Below are positions 39,393 through 53,948 of a DNA stretch of 64,000 nt, piece after piece. Position 1 is the first letter of the stretch, and each line of letters starts with the position of its first letter. A program made the position numbers and the translations under genes. The DNA lies in assembly GCA_038087875.1 (NCBI GenBank), contig JAXLNO010002915.1:1-64000 (forward strand), given 5' to 3'. The DNA comes from Malacoraja senta (taxonomy: Eukaryota). The notes beneath the pieces are model-generated. The model saw only the letters and a list, made by a program, of their open reading frames with translations, was not told the DNA's origin and made no database searches.

Positions 39393-41072
39393 ACCTTAAA
39401 ACTAGCCTAACCACCATTAATTAGCCTCAATATTACTAATAAACTATTTTAATATTTTGTACTTAAAACATTTTCACATTCCTAGTATAGGTGATAGAAC
39501 AGAAATACTTAGCGCTATAGAGAAAGTACCGTAAGGGAAAGCTGAAAAAGAACTGAAACAAATCATTAAAGTAATAAAAAGCAAAGATTCACCCCTGTAC
39601 CTTTTGCATCATGATTTAGTAAGAACAAGTGGGCAAAAAGACTTTAAGTCCACCTTCCCGAAACTAGACGAGCTACTTCGGAGCAGCATACTAGAGCCAA
39701 CCCGTCTCTGTGGCAAAAGAGTGGGAAGACTCCCGAGTAGAGGTGACAAGCCTACCGAGCCTAGTGATAGCTGGTTACCCAAAAAAAGAACTTAAATTCT
39801 GCAATAATTCTTCACCTCATCAACCAAGATTATCCAAATAAGGTGACTTGTAAGAATTATTAGTTATTTAAAAGAGGTACAACTCTTTTGAATTAAGAAA
39901 CAACTTTATTAGGAGGGTAATGATCATATTATTAAAGGACCTCACCCCAGTAGGCCTAAAAGCAGCCATCTGATTAGCAAGCGTCATAGCTCCAGCCCTT
40001 AACCAACCAATAATTCCGATACACACCTCCAAACCCCCTAACCAATATTGGGTTTTTTTATTCTTATTTAATAAAAGAACTGATACTAAAATGAGTAATT
40101 AGAGGACTAACCTCTCCAAAACACCCGTGTAAGTCAGAAAGAATTCAATCACTGATTATTAACCGATACCAACCTGAGGTTATAATACTAATAATAATAA
40201 ACTAGAAAAACACATTTATTAAATCGTTAACCCTACACAGGAGTGTTCCCAGGAAAGATTAAAAGAAAATAAAGGAACTCGGCAAACACAAACTCCGCCT
40301 GTTTACCAAAAACATCGCCTCTTGCAAACTCTGTATAAGAGGTCCCGCCTGCCCTGTGACATTGTTTAACGGCCGCGGTATTATGACCGTGCGAAGGTAG
40401 CGTAATCACTTGTCTTTTAATTGAAGACCTGTATGAAAGGCATCACGAGAGTTTACCTGTCTCTATTTTCTAATCAATGAAATTGATTTCCCCGTGCAGA
40501 AGCGGGGATATAAACATAAGACGAGAAGACCCTATGGAGCTTTAAACACTTAAGTTATTATCTATTTAATAATTAATCTAAAGACTTAACCTACCATAAT
40601 GATAGTCTAACTTAATGTTTTCGGTTGGGGCGACCAAGGAGTAAAATAAAACCTCCTTATCGATTGAGTATTTTTACTTAAAAATTAGAACGACAGTTCT
40701 GATTAATAGAATATCTAACGAACAATGACCCAGGATTAAATCCTGATCAATGAACCAAGTTACCCTAGGGATAACAGCGCAATCCTTTCTAAGAGTCCAT
40801 ATCGCCGAAAGGGTTTACGACCTCGATGTTGGATCAGGACATCCTAATGGTGCAACCGCTATTAAGGGTTCGTTTGTTCAACGATTAATAGTCCTACGTG
40901 ATCTGAGTTCAGACCGGAGTAATCCAGGTCAGTTTCTATCTATGAAGATATTTCCCCTAGTACGAAAGGACCGGGAAAATGAAGCCCATGCCCCAGGCAC
41001 GCTTCTCCCTCATCTGTTGAAATTAACTCAAACAGTAAAGAGGGGTTAATCTCCTACTAAAGATTATAGTTC
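39393..41072 (+). rRNA. rrnL: 16S rRNA, copy 3
   Basis: Copy 1 +33446. Confidence 0.95.
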
Positions 41073-41147
41073 GTTAAGGTGGCAGAGCCTGGTAATTGCA
41101 AAAGACCTAAACTCTTTGATCCAGAGGTTCAACTCCTCTCCTTAACC
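41073..41147 (+). tRNA. trnL2: tRNA-Leu(UUR), copy 3
   Basis: Copy 1 +33446. Confidence 0.9.
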
Positions 41148-42122
41148 ATGTTAAAAATTATTGTTACTCAAATTATTCACCCTCTAACCTACATTATTCC
41201 AGTATTATTAGCCACAGCATTCTTAACCCTAGTAGAACGGAAGATCTTAGGCTATATACAACTTCGTAAAGGACCTAATGTAGTAGGACCTTACGGCCTT
41301 CTCCAACCAATCGCGGACGGACTAAAACTTTTTACCAAAGAACCAGTACGCCCTTCACACTCCTCTCACTTTCTTTTCCTAATTACCCCAACCACAGCCC
41401 TAACCTTGGCCCTACTCATATGAATACCACTACCACTACCCCACTCTATCCTTAACCTTAATCTAGGTTTACTATTTATTCTAGCCATCTCCAGCTTGAC
41501 CGTTTATACCATCCTAGGCTCAGGCTGAGCCTCCAATTCTAAGTACGCCTTAATAGGAGCCCTACGTGCTGTAGCACAAACTATTTCATATGAAGTAACC
41601 TTAGGCTTAATCCTACTATCCCTAGTAATTATAACAGGAGGCTTTACACTACACACATTTAACTTTACCCAAGAGACAATTTGACTTCTTATCCCCGCCT
41701 GACCCCTGGCTATAATATGATATATCTCAACCCTAGCAGAAACTAACCGAGCTCCCTTTGACCTCACTGAAGGGGAATCAGAACTAGTCTCTGGATTTAA
41801 TATTGAGTATGCAGGAGGACCATTCGCCTTATTTTTCCTAGCTGAATATTCTAATATCCTAATAATGAATACATTATCCGTCATTCTATTTATAGGCATC
41901 TCCTATAACCCCCTATTTCCACAAATTTCAACACTCAGCCTTATAATTAAAGCCACTATATTAACTCTCCTATTTTTATGAATTCGCGCCTCCTATCCAC
42001 GATTTCGCTATGATCAACTCATGCACTTAGTATGAAAAAATTTCCTACCACTTACATTGGCCCTTATCTTATGACACATTATACTACCAACTTCCATAGC
42101 AAGTCTCCCACCCCTTACCTAA
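41148..42122 (+). CDS. ND1: ND1, copy 3
   Basis: Copy 1 +33446. Confidence 0.96.
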
Positions 42123-42192
42123 GGAAGAGTGCCTGAACTAAAGGATCACTTTGATAGAGTGAAACATGAATGTTAAAATCATTCCCCTTCCT
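42123..42192 (+). tRNA. trnI: tRNA-Ile, copy 3
   Basis: Copy 1 +33446. Confidence 0.9.
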
Positions 42193-42263
42193 TAGAAAAA
42201 TAGGAATTGAACCTACCCCCTAGAGATCAAAACTCTATGTACTTCCTGTTATACTACTTCCTA
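42192..42263 (-). tRNA. trnQ: tRNA-Gln, copy 3
   Basis: Copy 1 +33446. Confidence 0.9.
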
Positions 42264-42264
42264 A

Positions 42265-42333
42265 AGTAAAGTCAGCTAATTAAGCTTTTGGGCCCATACC
42301 CCTACCATGTTGGTTAAAATCCTTCCTCTACTA
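42265..42333 (+). tRNA. trnM: tRNA-Met, copy 3
   Basis: Copy 1 +33446. Confidence 0.9.
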
Positions 42334-43380
42334 ATGAACCCCCTCGTACTATCCATCCTTATCCTTAGCCTAGGTTTAGGCACTACAATTACATTCATAG
42401 GATCCCATTGACTTTTAATTTGGATAGGCTTAGAAATTAATACTATAGCCATTATCCCCCTAATAATTCATCAACAACACCCACGTGCAGTAGAAGCCAC
42501 CACCAAGTACTTCCTCACACAAGCAACAGCTTCTGCACTTCTCCTATTTGCAGGAATAACAAACGCCTGAACAACAGGACAGTGGAATATTACTGATATA
42601 CTTTCACCAACCTCCGCCACACTAATTACATTAGCCCTAGCCTTAAAAATTGGTCTAGCACCCATACACTTCTGACTACCAGAAGTCCTCCAAGGACTAA
42701 ACCTAACCACCGGACTTATCCTTTCCACATGACAAAAACTTGCCCCCTTTGCCATCCTACTCCAACTTTATCCACTTCTCAACCCAAACATTCTTATAAC
42801 TCTAGGAATTGCCTCCATCATCATTGGGGGGTGAAGCGGACTCAATCAGACACAATTACGAAAAATTCTAGCATATTCATCAATTGCACATCTAGGATGA
42901 ATAATCACTATTATTCACTTCGCCCCTAACCTAGCCTTACTAAACCTTGTTATCTACATTATTATAACCACCTCAATATTCCTTCTCTTTAATACACTCA
43001 ACTCAACAAAAATTAACTCAATCTCCGTATCCGCCACCAAATACCCTCTGCTCACAATTATATCCTTAGTAACCCTACTCTCGCTAGGAGGACTACCCCC
43101 TCTCTCTGGATTTATACCAAAATGACTTATTTTACAAGAACTGACTAAACAAAACCTCCTGGTTCCTGCCACTATCATAGCCTTAGCAACCCTACTTAGC
43201 TTATTTTTTTACCTACGCCTCTGCTACGCAATAACCTTAACTATCTCCCCCACCCCTATCTTCTCCTTCTCCTCCTGACAAACAAAAACTACTCAAATAA
43301 ACATCTTACTCACAACCACCACCTCCTTCTCCATCCTCCTCCTCCCTCTCACCCCAACACTATTAACATTATTCACATAA
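42334..43380 (+). CDS. ND2: ND2, copy 3
   Basis: Copy 1 +33446. Confidence 0.95.
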
Positions 43381-43448
43381 GAAATTTAGGTTAACAAGAC
43401 CAAAAGCCTTCAAAGCTTTCAGTAGGAGTTTAAATCTCTTAATTTCTG
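43380..43448 (+). tRNA. trnW: tRNA-Trp, copy 3
   Basis: Copy 1 +33446. Confidence 0.9.
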
Positions 43449-43449
43449 A

Positions 43450-43518
43450 TAAGACTTGCAAGACTCTATCTCACATCCTCTGAATGCAACCCAGATGTTT
43501 TAATTAAACTAAAGTCTT
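43450..43518 (-). tRNA. trnA: tRNA-Ala, copy 3
   Basis: Copy 1 +33446. Confidence 0.9.
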
Positions 43519-43591
43519 CTAGATAAGCAGGCCTTGATCCTACAACATCTTAATTAACAGCTAAGCGTTCAAGCCGACGAACTTTTATCTA
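43519..43591 (-). tRNA. trnN: tRNA-Asn, copy 3
   Basis: Copy 1 +33446. Confidence 0.9.
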
Positions 43592-43627
43592 GGCTTCTCC
43601 CGCCGCCGGAAAAAGGCGGGAGAAGCC
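43592..43627. other. OL, copy 3
   Basis: Copy 1 +33446. Confidence 0.9.
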
Positions 43628-43691
43628 CCGGGAGAACCTTTTCATCTCCGTCTCAGGATTTGCAATCTTGTGTAAACTTTACTACGGGACT
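43623..43691 (-). tRNA. trnC: tRNA-Cys, copy 3
   Basis: Copy 1 +33446. Confidence 0.89.
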
Positions 43692-43761
43692 TGATAAGAA
43701 GAGGACTCTAACCTCTCTTCACGGAACTACAGACCGCCGCTTAACTCTCAGCCATCTTACC
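43692..43761 (-). tRNA. trnY: tRNA-Tyr, copy 3
   Basis: Copy 1 +33446. Confidence 0.89.
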
Positions 43762-43762
43762 T

Positions 43763-45319
<1,557 letters not shown>

Positions 45320-45390
45320 CAAGAAAGGAAGGAATTGAACCCCCATAAGTTGGTTTCAAGCCAACCACATCACCACTCTGTCACTTTCTT
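45320..45390 (-). tRNA. trnS2: tRNA-Ser(UCN), copy 3
   Basis: Copy 1 +33446. Confidence 0.9.
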
Positions 45391-45459
45391 GAGACTCTAG
45401 TAAAACAATTACATCACCTTGTCAAGGTAAAATTGTGGGTTGAACTCCCACGAATCTTA
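45391..45459 (+). tRNA. trnD: tRNA-Asp, copy 3
   Basis: Copy 1 +33446. Confidence 0.9.
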
Positions 45460-45464
45460 AACCA

Positions 45465-46155
45465 ATGGCACACCCATCACAATTAGGATTTCAAGACGCA
45501 GCCTCCCCAATTATAGAAGAACTTCTCCATTTCCATGACCACACATTAATAATTGTTTTTCTTATTAGTACACTAGTTCTCTATATTATTGTTGCAATAG
45601 TAACTACTAAACTGACTAATAAGTATATCTTGGACTCACAAGAAATTGAAATTGTATGAACCATTCTACCCGCTATTATCCTCATTATAATTGCACTGCC
45701 CTCATTACGAATCTTGTATCTAATAGACGAGATTAATGACCCGCATATTACAATTAAAGCATTAGGTCATCAATGATATTGAAGTTATGAATATACAGAT
45801 TATGAAAACTTAGAATTTGATTCATATATAATCCAAACTGAAGACTTAAACCCCGGACAATTTCGACTCCTAGAAACAGATCACCGTATGGTTGTTCCAA
45901 TAGAATCCCCAATTCGAGTTCTAGTCACCGCAGAAGATGTCCTACACTCTTGAACGGTCCCAGCACTCGGAGTAAAAATAGATGCAGTCCCCGGACGCCT
46001 TAACCAAGTCGCCTTTATCATCTCCCGTCCCGGTGTCTATTATGGACAGTGTTCAGAAATTTGTGGTGCTAACCACAGCTTTATACCAATTGTTGTTGAA
46101 GCAGTGCCCTTAGAACACTTTGAGAATTGATCTTCATTAATACTAGAAGAAGTTT
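45465..46155 (+). CDS. COX2: COX2, copy 3
   Basis: Copy 1 +33446. Confidence 0.96.
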
Positions 46156-46228
46156 CATTAAGAAGCTAACAGGGTCCAGCATTAGCCTTTTAAGCTAAAT
46201 ATTGGTGATTCCCAACCACCCTTAATGA
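46156..46228 (+). tRNA. trnK: tRNA-Lys, copy 3
   Basis: Copy 1 +33446. Confidence 0.9.
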
Positions 46229-46229
46229 C

Positions 46230-46397
46230 ATGCCTCAACTCAATCTTAATCCATGATTCTTAATCTTTCTATTTTCCTGATTGTTTTTCCTGATTGTCTT
46301 ACCACACAAACTGACATCTTACCTATTTAATTATGCCCCTACCCCAAAAAATACTGAGAAACAAAAACCAGAACCCTGAAACTGACCATGATCCTAA
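46230..46397 (+). CDS. ATP8: ATP8, copy 3
   Basis: Copy 1 +33446. Confidence 0.94.
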
Positions 46398-47071
46398 ACT
46401 TCTTTGACCAATTTCTAAGCCCTTCACTTATAGGTTTACCCCTAATTGCCCTAGCAATCGTTATACCAGCACTAATTTTCCAAACCCCCTCCAATCGATG
46501 ACTTAACAATCGCCTAATTACCCTACAAACATGGTTCATTAACCGATTTACGCACCAACTCCTACAACCACTTAACCTCGGAGGTCACAAATGAGCCATT
46601 ATTCTTACAGCACTTATACTTTTCTTAATTACTATTAATCTATTAGGACTTCTTCCTTATACATTTACACCAACAACACAGCTCTCATTAAATATGGCCT
46701 TTGCCCTCCCCCTATGACTAACAACAGTTTTAATTGGTATACTAAATCAACCCACTATTGCTCTAGGTCACCTCCTCCCAGAAGGTACCCCCACCCCTTT
46801 AATCCCAGTTCTTATCATTATCGAAACTATTAGTCTATTTATTCGCCCCCTTGCCTTAGGAGTCCGACTTACAGCCAACCTTACAGCAGGACACCTACTA
46901 ATACAACTAATTGCAACAGCAGCCTTTGTATTAATTTCTACTATACCGGCAGTAGCACTCTTAACTTCTATTGTATTATTCCTCCTCACCCTTTTAGAGG
47001 TCGCCGTAGCCATAATCCAAGCCTATGTATTTGTCTTACTCCTAAGCCTATATTTACAAGAAAACGTCTAA
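46388..47071 (+). CDS. ATP6: ATP6, copy 3
   Basis: Copy 1 +33446. Confidence 0.95.
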
Positions 47072-47073
47072 TA

Positions 47074-47859
47074 ATGGCCCACCAAGCACACGCATATCAT
47101 ATAGTTGACCCAAGCCCATGACCATTGACAGGAGCCATTGCTGCTCTCCTCATAACATCTGGCCTAGCCGTTTGATTCCATTTCCACACCATATCACTCC
47201 TTCTTCTAGGACTTATTCTCCTTGCTCTTACAGTTATTCAATGATGACGAGATGTTATCCGGGAAGGGACATTTCAAGGTCATCACACCCCACCAGTACA
47301 AAAAGGTCTACGCTACGGAATAATTCTGTTTATTATATCAGAAGTATTCTTTTTCCTTGGGTTTTTCTGAGCATTCTATCACTCAAGCCTAGCCCCCACC
47401 CCTGAATTAGGAGGCTGCTGACCCCCAACAGGAATTAACCCTTTAGACCCTTTCGAAGTTCCACTACTTAATACTGCTGTACTCTTAGCTTCCGGAGTCA
47501 CAGTTACCTGAGCCCACCACAGTATTATGGAAGGAAATCGAAAAGAAGCCATTCAAGCTCTCACACTCACAGTTGTTTTAGGTTTTTACTTTACAGCTCT
47601 TCAAGCAATAGAATACTATGAAGCCCCATTTACCATTGCCGACGGGGTTTACGGAACAACCTTCTTCGTAGCAACAGGCTTTCATGGTCTCCATGTTATT
47701 ATTGGCTCAACATTTCTTACAGTATGTCTACTACGCCAAATCCTCTTTCACTTCACATCAGAACACCATTTTGGCTTTGAAGCCGCTGCATGATACTGAC
47801 ACTTTGTCGACGTAGTATGACTATTCCTCTATGTATCAATTTATTGATGAGGCTCATAA
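47074..47859 (+). CDS. COX3: COX3, copy 3
   Basis: Copy 1 +33446. Confidence 0.96.
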
Positions 47860-47860
47860 T

Positions 47861-47930
47861 ACTTTTCTAGTATAAACTAGTACAAATGACTTCCAATCAT
47901 TCAATCTTGGTTCAACTCCAAGGAGAAGTA
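47861..47930 (+). tRNA. trnG: tRNA-Gly, copy 3
   Basis: Copy 1 +33446. Confidence 0.9.
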
Positions 47931-48279
47931 ATGAACCTCATTACATTATCTATCGCCATCCCCGCCCTCACTTCCCTAATCCTGGTATTCATCGCATTCT
48001 GACTGCCAGCTCTTAACCCAGATAGTGAAAAACTATCACCTTACGAATGTGGATTTGATCCCCTAGGCTCTGCACGTCTCCCATTTTCCCTCCGATTCTT
48101 TCTAGTAGCGATCCTTTTCCTTCTATTTGACTTAGAAATTGCCTTACTTCTCCCCTTACCATGAGGAGACCAACTCTGCTCCCCACTTATTACAGCCCTC
48201 TGAGCCTCTGTCATTATTATCTTACTCACCCTAGGCCTCGTCTATGAATGACTTCAAGGAGGCCTTGAATGAGCAGAAT
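47931..48279 (+). CDS. ND3: ND3, copy 3
   Basis: Copy 1 +33446; ATG seen at 47931. Confidence 0.94.
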
Positions 48280-48349
48280 AGGTGCTTAGTCCAAAAAAAG
48301 ACCATTAATTTCGACTTAGTAGATTATGGTGAAAACCCATAAGTACCTT
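48280..48349 (+). tRNA. trnR: tRNA-Arg, copy 3
   Basis: Copy 1 +33446. Confidence 0.9.
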
Positions 48350-48646
48350 ATGACTCCTATTTACTTCACAATTACCTCAGCATTTATTCTCGGCCTTACA
48401 GGATTAGCTTTTAACCGCTCCCATCTCTTATCTGCCCTTATCTGCCTTGAAGGGATAATACTCTCCTTATTCATTGCAATTGCTATTTGATCTATAACAA
48501 TAAGCTCCCCCTCTTTATCCTTAGCACCTATAATTTTACTAACATTCTCAGCCTGTGAAGCAAGCTCTGGCCTAGCTCTTCTTGTAGCCGCCACACGCAC
48601 CCACGGAACAGACCATCTTAATAACCTCAACCTTCTACAATGCTAA
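48350..48646 (+). CDS. ND4L: ND4L, copy 3
   Basis: Copy 1 +33446. Confidence 0.94.
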
Positions 48647-50020
48647 AAATTCTTATTCCTACTTTACTTTTATTCCCAATTTCATGAATTTCACCCAAAA
48701 AATGAATGTGAACTTCAACTATTTCTAACAGTCTCTTAATTGCCTCATTCAGCCTAATCTGATTTAAATGAGACTTCGAGATAGGCTGAAACCACTCTAA
48801 CCTTTTTTTTGGTGTCGACCCCCTTTCAGCCCCCCTACTTACACTCACCTGCTGACTCCTTCCACTCATACTCCTCGCCAGCCTCAAACATTTAACCTCC
48901 GAACCCCATAAACGACAACAAATCTATATTTCCTTACTCATCACTCTACAAGCCCTCCTAATTATAGCATTTAGTGCAACAGAAATGATCCTATTTTATA
49001 TTATATTTGAAGCAACACTTATCCCAACCCTTATTATTATTACACGATGGGGAAACCAAACTGAACGCCTTAATGCCGGTATCTACTTTCTATTTTATAC
49101 CCTTGCAGGCTCCTTACCCCTACTAATTGCCCTACTTGTCCTACAAAAAGACTTAGGTACTTTATCTATGCTCATCTTACAATACCCTAACATTACAAAT
49201 CTTCACTCCTGAACTAACAAATTCTGATGAACTGCCTGCCTAATTGCCTTCTTAGTAAAAATACCCCTCTACGGAGTTCATCTCTGATTACCAAAAGCTC
49301 ATGTAGAAGCCCCCATTGCCGGCTCCATAATTCTAGCTGCAGTTCTCCTTAAACTAGGAGGTTATGGTATAATACGAATTATTGTCATACTTAATCCGCT
49401 CACAAAAGAAATGGCCTATCCTTTCCTAATCCTAGCAATTTGAGGCGTTATCATAACTAGCTCCATTTGTCTACGACAAACAGATCTTAAATCCTTAATC
49501 GCCTACTCATCAGTCAGTCACATGGGCCTTGTAGCAGCCGCCATCCTAATTCAGACCCCATGAAGTTTCGCAGGTGCCACAACCCTTATAATTGCCCATG
49601 GATTAGTTTCATCAATACTCTTCTGCTTAGCTAATACTAACTATGAACGTATCCATAGCCGAACGCTACTACTAGCCCGAGGGACCCAAATTATTTTACC
49701 CCTCATAGGTACAACATGATTTTTAGCTAACTTAGCTAACCTCGCCTTGCCCCCCAGCCCTAACCTCATAGGAGAACTACTTATCATTTCCTCATTATTT
49801 AAATGATCAAACTGGACTATCATCTTAACAGGCACCGGTGTTCTACTAACAGCATCCTATTCATTATATATATTCTTAATAACACAACGGGGCCCTACAC
49901 CTCAACACTTACTCTTCTTAACCCCCTCACACACACGAGAACATCTACTAATATACCTTCACCTTATCCCCACAATTCTCCTCATTACCAAACCAGAACT
50001 CATCTTAGGATGAACATTTT
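48640..50020 (+). CDS. ND4: ND4, copy 3 (consensus allele at both variable sites)
   Basis: Copy 1 +33446; G at 49012, T at 49952. Confidence 0.95.
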
Positions 50021-50089
50021 GTGTTTATAGTTTAATTAAAACGTTAGATTGTGATTCTAAAAATAAAAGTTAAAATCTTTTTATTCACC
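50021..50089 (+). tRNA. trnH: tRNA-His, copy 3
   Basis: Copy 1 +33446. Confidence 0.9.
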
Positions 50090-50156
50090 AAGAGAGGTAC
50101 GGAACAAAAAGAACTGCTAATTCTTTTACCCATGGTTCAACTCCACGGCTCACTTA
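50090..50156 (+). tRNA. trnS1: tRNA-Ser(AGY), copy 3
   Basis: Copy 1 +33446. Confidence 0.89.
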
Positions 50157-50228
50157 GCTTTTGAAAGATAATAGTTATCTATTGGTCTTAGGAACCAAAA
50201 ACTCTTGGTGCAACTCCAAGCAATAGTC
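50157..50228 (+). tRNA. trnL1: tRNA-Leu(CUN), spans unit 3/4 boundary
   Basis: 16711..16782 +33446. Confidence 0.9.
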
Positions 50229-52064
50229 ATGAACTCAATTATCTTTAACTCTTCATTCCTATTAATTTTCATCATTCTTCTTTACCCCTTAATAACATCT
50301 ATTACTGCACCCCAAGAATCCACCAGCCCTAGCTGAGCATCCACTCATGTTAAAACAGCCGTTAAACTCTCATTCTTTGTTAGCTTAATTCCCCTGTCCC
50401 TGTTCCTTGACCAAGGAGTAGAGTCTATCACCACCAATTGAAACTGAATTAACCTTGGGCCAATAAATATTAATATAAGCTTTAAATTTGACCTCTACTC
50501 CATCATCTTCACACCAGTAGCCCTCTACGTCACATGATCTATCCTAGAATTTGCACTCTGGTATATATATACAGACCCAAACTTTAATCGCTTCTTTAAA
50601 TATCTCCTTCTTTTTCTTATAACAATAATTATCCTTATCACTGCCAATAACTTATTTCAACTATTTATTGGCTGAGAGGGAGTAGGCATTATATCCTTTC
50701 TCCTAATCGGCTGATGATATAGCCGAGCAGACGCTAACACCGCAGCCCTACAAGCAGTGATTTATAACCGCATCGGGGATATTGGGCTCATCCTAAGTAT
50801 AGCCTGACTAGCCATAAATCTTAATTCGTGAGAAACTCAACAAATATTTATTCTATCTAAAAATATTGACTTAACTTTACCCTTGCTAGGCCTAGTACTA
50901 GCTGCTGCTGGGAAATCAGCACAATTTGGCCTCCATCCATGGCTGCCATCAGCCATGGAGGGGCCTACGCCAGTCTCCGCCCTACTTCATTCTAGCACAA
51001 TAGTCGTAGCCGGTGTATTTCTCCTAATCCGGCTTCATCCCCTAATCCAAGATAATCAGCTAATCTTATCAGCTTGCCTATGCTTGGGAGCATTAACAAC
51101 CCTATTTACAGCTACCTGTGCCCTCACCCAAAACGATATCAAAAAGATCGTAGCCTTCTCCACATCTAGTCAATTAGGCCTCATAATAGTGACAATCGGC
51201 CTAAATCAACCCCAATTAGCCTTCCTCCACATCTGTACACATGCCTTCTTTAAAGCCATACTCTTCCTTTGTTCCGGCTCTATTATTCACAGCCTAGACA
51301 ATGAACAAGATATCCGAAAAATAGGTGGACTTCATAAACTTCTACCATTTACTGCCTCATCCCTCACAGTTGGTAGTCTAGCCCTAACAGGCATACCCTT
51401 CCTATCTGGTTTCTTTTCAAAAGATGCCATCATCGAAGCCATGAACACATCTAACCTAAACGCCTGAGCCCTAACCTTGACCCTACTGGCCACCTCCTTC
51501 ACTGCTATCTATAGCCTTCGACTTATTTTTTTCACATTAATAAATTCACCACGATTTACCCCCTTTATACCCATCAATGAGAATAACCCCATAGTGTTAA
51601 AACCCATTAAACGCCTAGCCTACGGAAGTATCCTAGCCGGTCTCCTTATTACTTCTAACATAACACCAACCAAAACACAGATTTTAACAATACCCCTCAC
51701 CCTTAAACTATCCGCCCTCCTAGTAACAATTATTGGCCTCCTCTTGGCCCTAGAGCTTGCTAACCTCACTAAACATCAACTTAAAATCTCCCCAACCATG
51801 CCCACCCATAACTTCTCTAATATACTAGGCTACTTCCCACCAATTTTTCATCGCCTCTACCCAAAAATTAACCTTCATTGAGCTCAAACTATCTCCACCC
51901 ATCTGATTGACTTAACATGAAATGAAAAAATGGGACCTAAAAATAAACTCGTCCAACAAACATCCATAATTAAACTCCTTACATTACCACAACAAGGCTT
52001 TATTAAAATTTACCTCATAATCTTCTTCCTAACACTTACCCTCGCTACCTTAATTATAATTTAA
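50229..52064 (+). CDS. ND5: ND5, copy 4
   Basis: Copy 1 +50169. Confidence 0.96.
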
Positions 52065-52579
52065 ACCACCCGCAATGTCCCTCAAGAAATACCGCGAGTT
52101 AACTCCAACACAACAAACAAAGCCAAAAGCAACATTCAACCACTTAATATTAATAAATAACCTCCATAAGAGTATAATAAAGCCACACCACTAAAATCCC
52201 CACGGACCACCTCCAAACCATTAATTTCATCACCACCAAACCACCCTCACTCCCAACCCCCCACAAAATGTTTATTAACATACATTAAACCCCCAACATA
52301 AAATAGAACATAAATTAATACCGATCAATCTCCCCACGACTCAGGGTAAGGCTCCGCAACAAGTGCCGCAGTGTAAGCAAATACAACCAACATCCCCCCC
52401 AAATAAATTAAAAATAAAACTAAAGATAGAAAAGAACTTCCAGAACTTACTAATAGACCACACCCCACGCCAGCAGAAATTACTAAACCGAGGGCAGCAT
52501 AATAAGGGGAAGGATTTGAAGCCACTGCTACTAAACCTATAATAAAACCCAACATTATAATAAATACTAAATAAATCAT
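52061..52579 (-). CDS. ND6: ND6, copy 4
   Basis: Copy 1 +50169. Confidence 0.95.
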
Positions 52580-52580
52580 A

Positions 52581-52649
52581 AATTCCTACTTAGATTTTAA
52601 CTAAGACCGATAATCTGAAAAACTACCGTTGTTATTCAACTACAAGAAC
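52581..52649 (-). tRNA. trnE: tRNA-Glu, copy 4
   Basis: Copy 1 +50169. Confidence 0.9.
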
Positions 52650-52652
52650 CTA

Positions 52653-53795
52653 ATGACCATAAATATTCGAAAGACCCACCCATTATTTAAAATTATTAAC
52701 AGCTCACTTATTGATCTTCCAACTCCAATTAACATCTCAATTTGATGAAATTACGGCTCACTCCTAGGACTTTGTCTCATTATCCAAATCCTTACTGGCC
52801 TCTTTTTAGCTATACACTACACCCCAGACATCTCCTCTGCTTTCTCCTCAGTTATTCATATCTGTCGAGATGTAAATTACGGATGACTCATCCGCAATAT
52901 TCACGCTAACGGAGCCTCACTCTTCTTTGTTTGTATTTATATTCACATCGCCCGAGGTTTCTACTACGGATCTTACCTTAATAAAGAAACATGAAACATT
53001 GGAGTCATCCTGTTATTTTTACTAATAGCCACAGCCTTTGTCGGCTATGTACTACCCTGAGGACAAATATCATTTTGAGGGGCAACAGTCATTACAAACC
53101 TCTTATCAGCTTTCCCCTATGTCGGCAACATTTTAGTCGAATGGATCTGAGGGGGCTTTTCAGTAGATAATGCTACCCTTACCCGATTCTTTGCCTTCCA
53201 TTTCTTATTCCCATTTTTAATTACTGCACTCACCCTACTACACCTTCTATTCCTCCACGAAGCAGGCTCCAATAACCCTACTGGACTTAGCTCTAACACA
53301 GATAAAATTCCATTTCATCCCTATTTCTCCTATAAAGACCTTGTGGGTTTCTTCATTCTTGCCTTCCTATTAACCCTACTGGCTCTATTTGTACCCAACC
53401 TATTAAGCGACACAGAAAACTTCATCCCAGCGGACCCATTACTCACACCACCTCATATCAAACCAGAATGGTACTTTCTATTTGCCTACGCAATCCTCCG
53501 CTCCATCCCCAACAAACTTGGAGGCGTCCTTGCTCTACTATTTTCAATCCTTATTCTTATATTGGTACCCATATTACATACATCCAAACAACGAAGTGCC
53601 ACATTTCGACCAATCACCCAAACCTTATTCTGAACATTACTCACAAACACTATTATCTTAACATGAATTGGGGGCCAACCAGTAGAACAACCATTCATTA
53701 TTATCGGTCAGATTGCCTCAATCATCTACTTCTTCTTATTTCTCATTCTACTTCCTCTTGCCGGCTGGTGAGAGAATAAGATTCTAAATCTTTAA
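52653..53795 (+). CDS. CYTB: Cytochrome b, copy 4; private synonymous T>C at 53117
   Basis: Copy 1 +50169. Confidence 0.96.
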
Positions 53796-53798
53796 TAT

Positions 53799-53871
53799 GT
53801 TCTGGTGGCCTAAAAACTAAGGCATTGGTCTTGTAAACCAAAAATTGGAGGTGAAATGCCTCCCCAAAACA
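53799..53871 (+). tRNA. trnT: tRNA-Thr, copy 4
   Basis: Copy 1 +50169. Confidence 0.9.
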
Positions 53872-53879
53872 AACCATAT

Positions 53880-53948
53880 TCAGGAAAGAGAGGGTTGAAC
53901 TCCCACCCTTGGCTCCCAAAGCCAAGATTCTGCTTAAACTGTCTCCTG
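53880..53948 (-). tRNA. trnP: tRNA-Pro, copy 4
   Basis: Copy 1 +50169. Confidence 0.9.
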
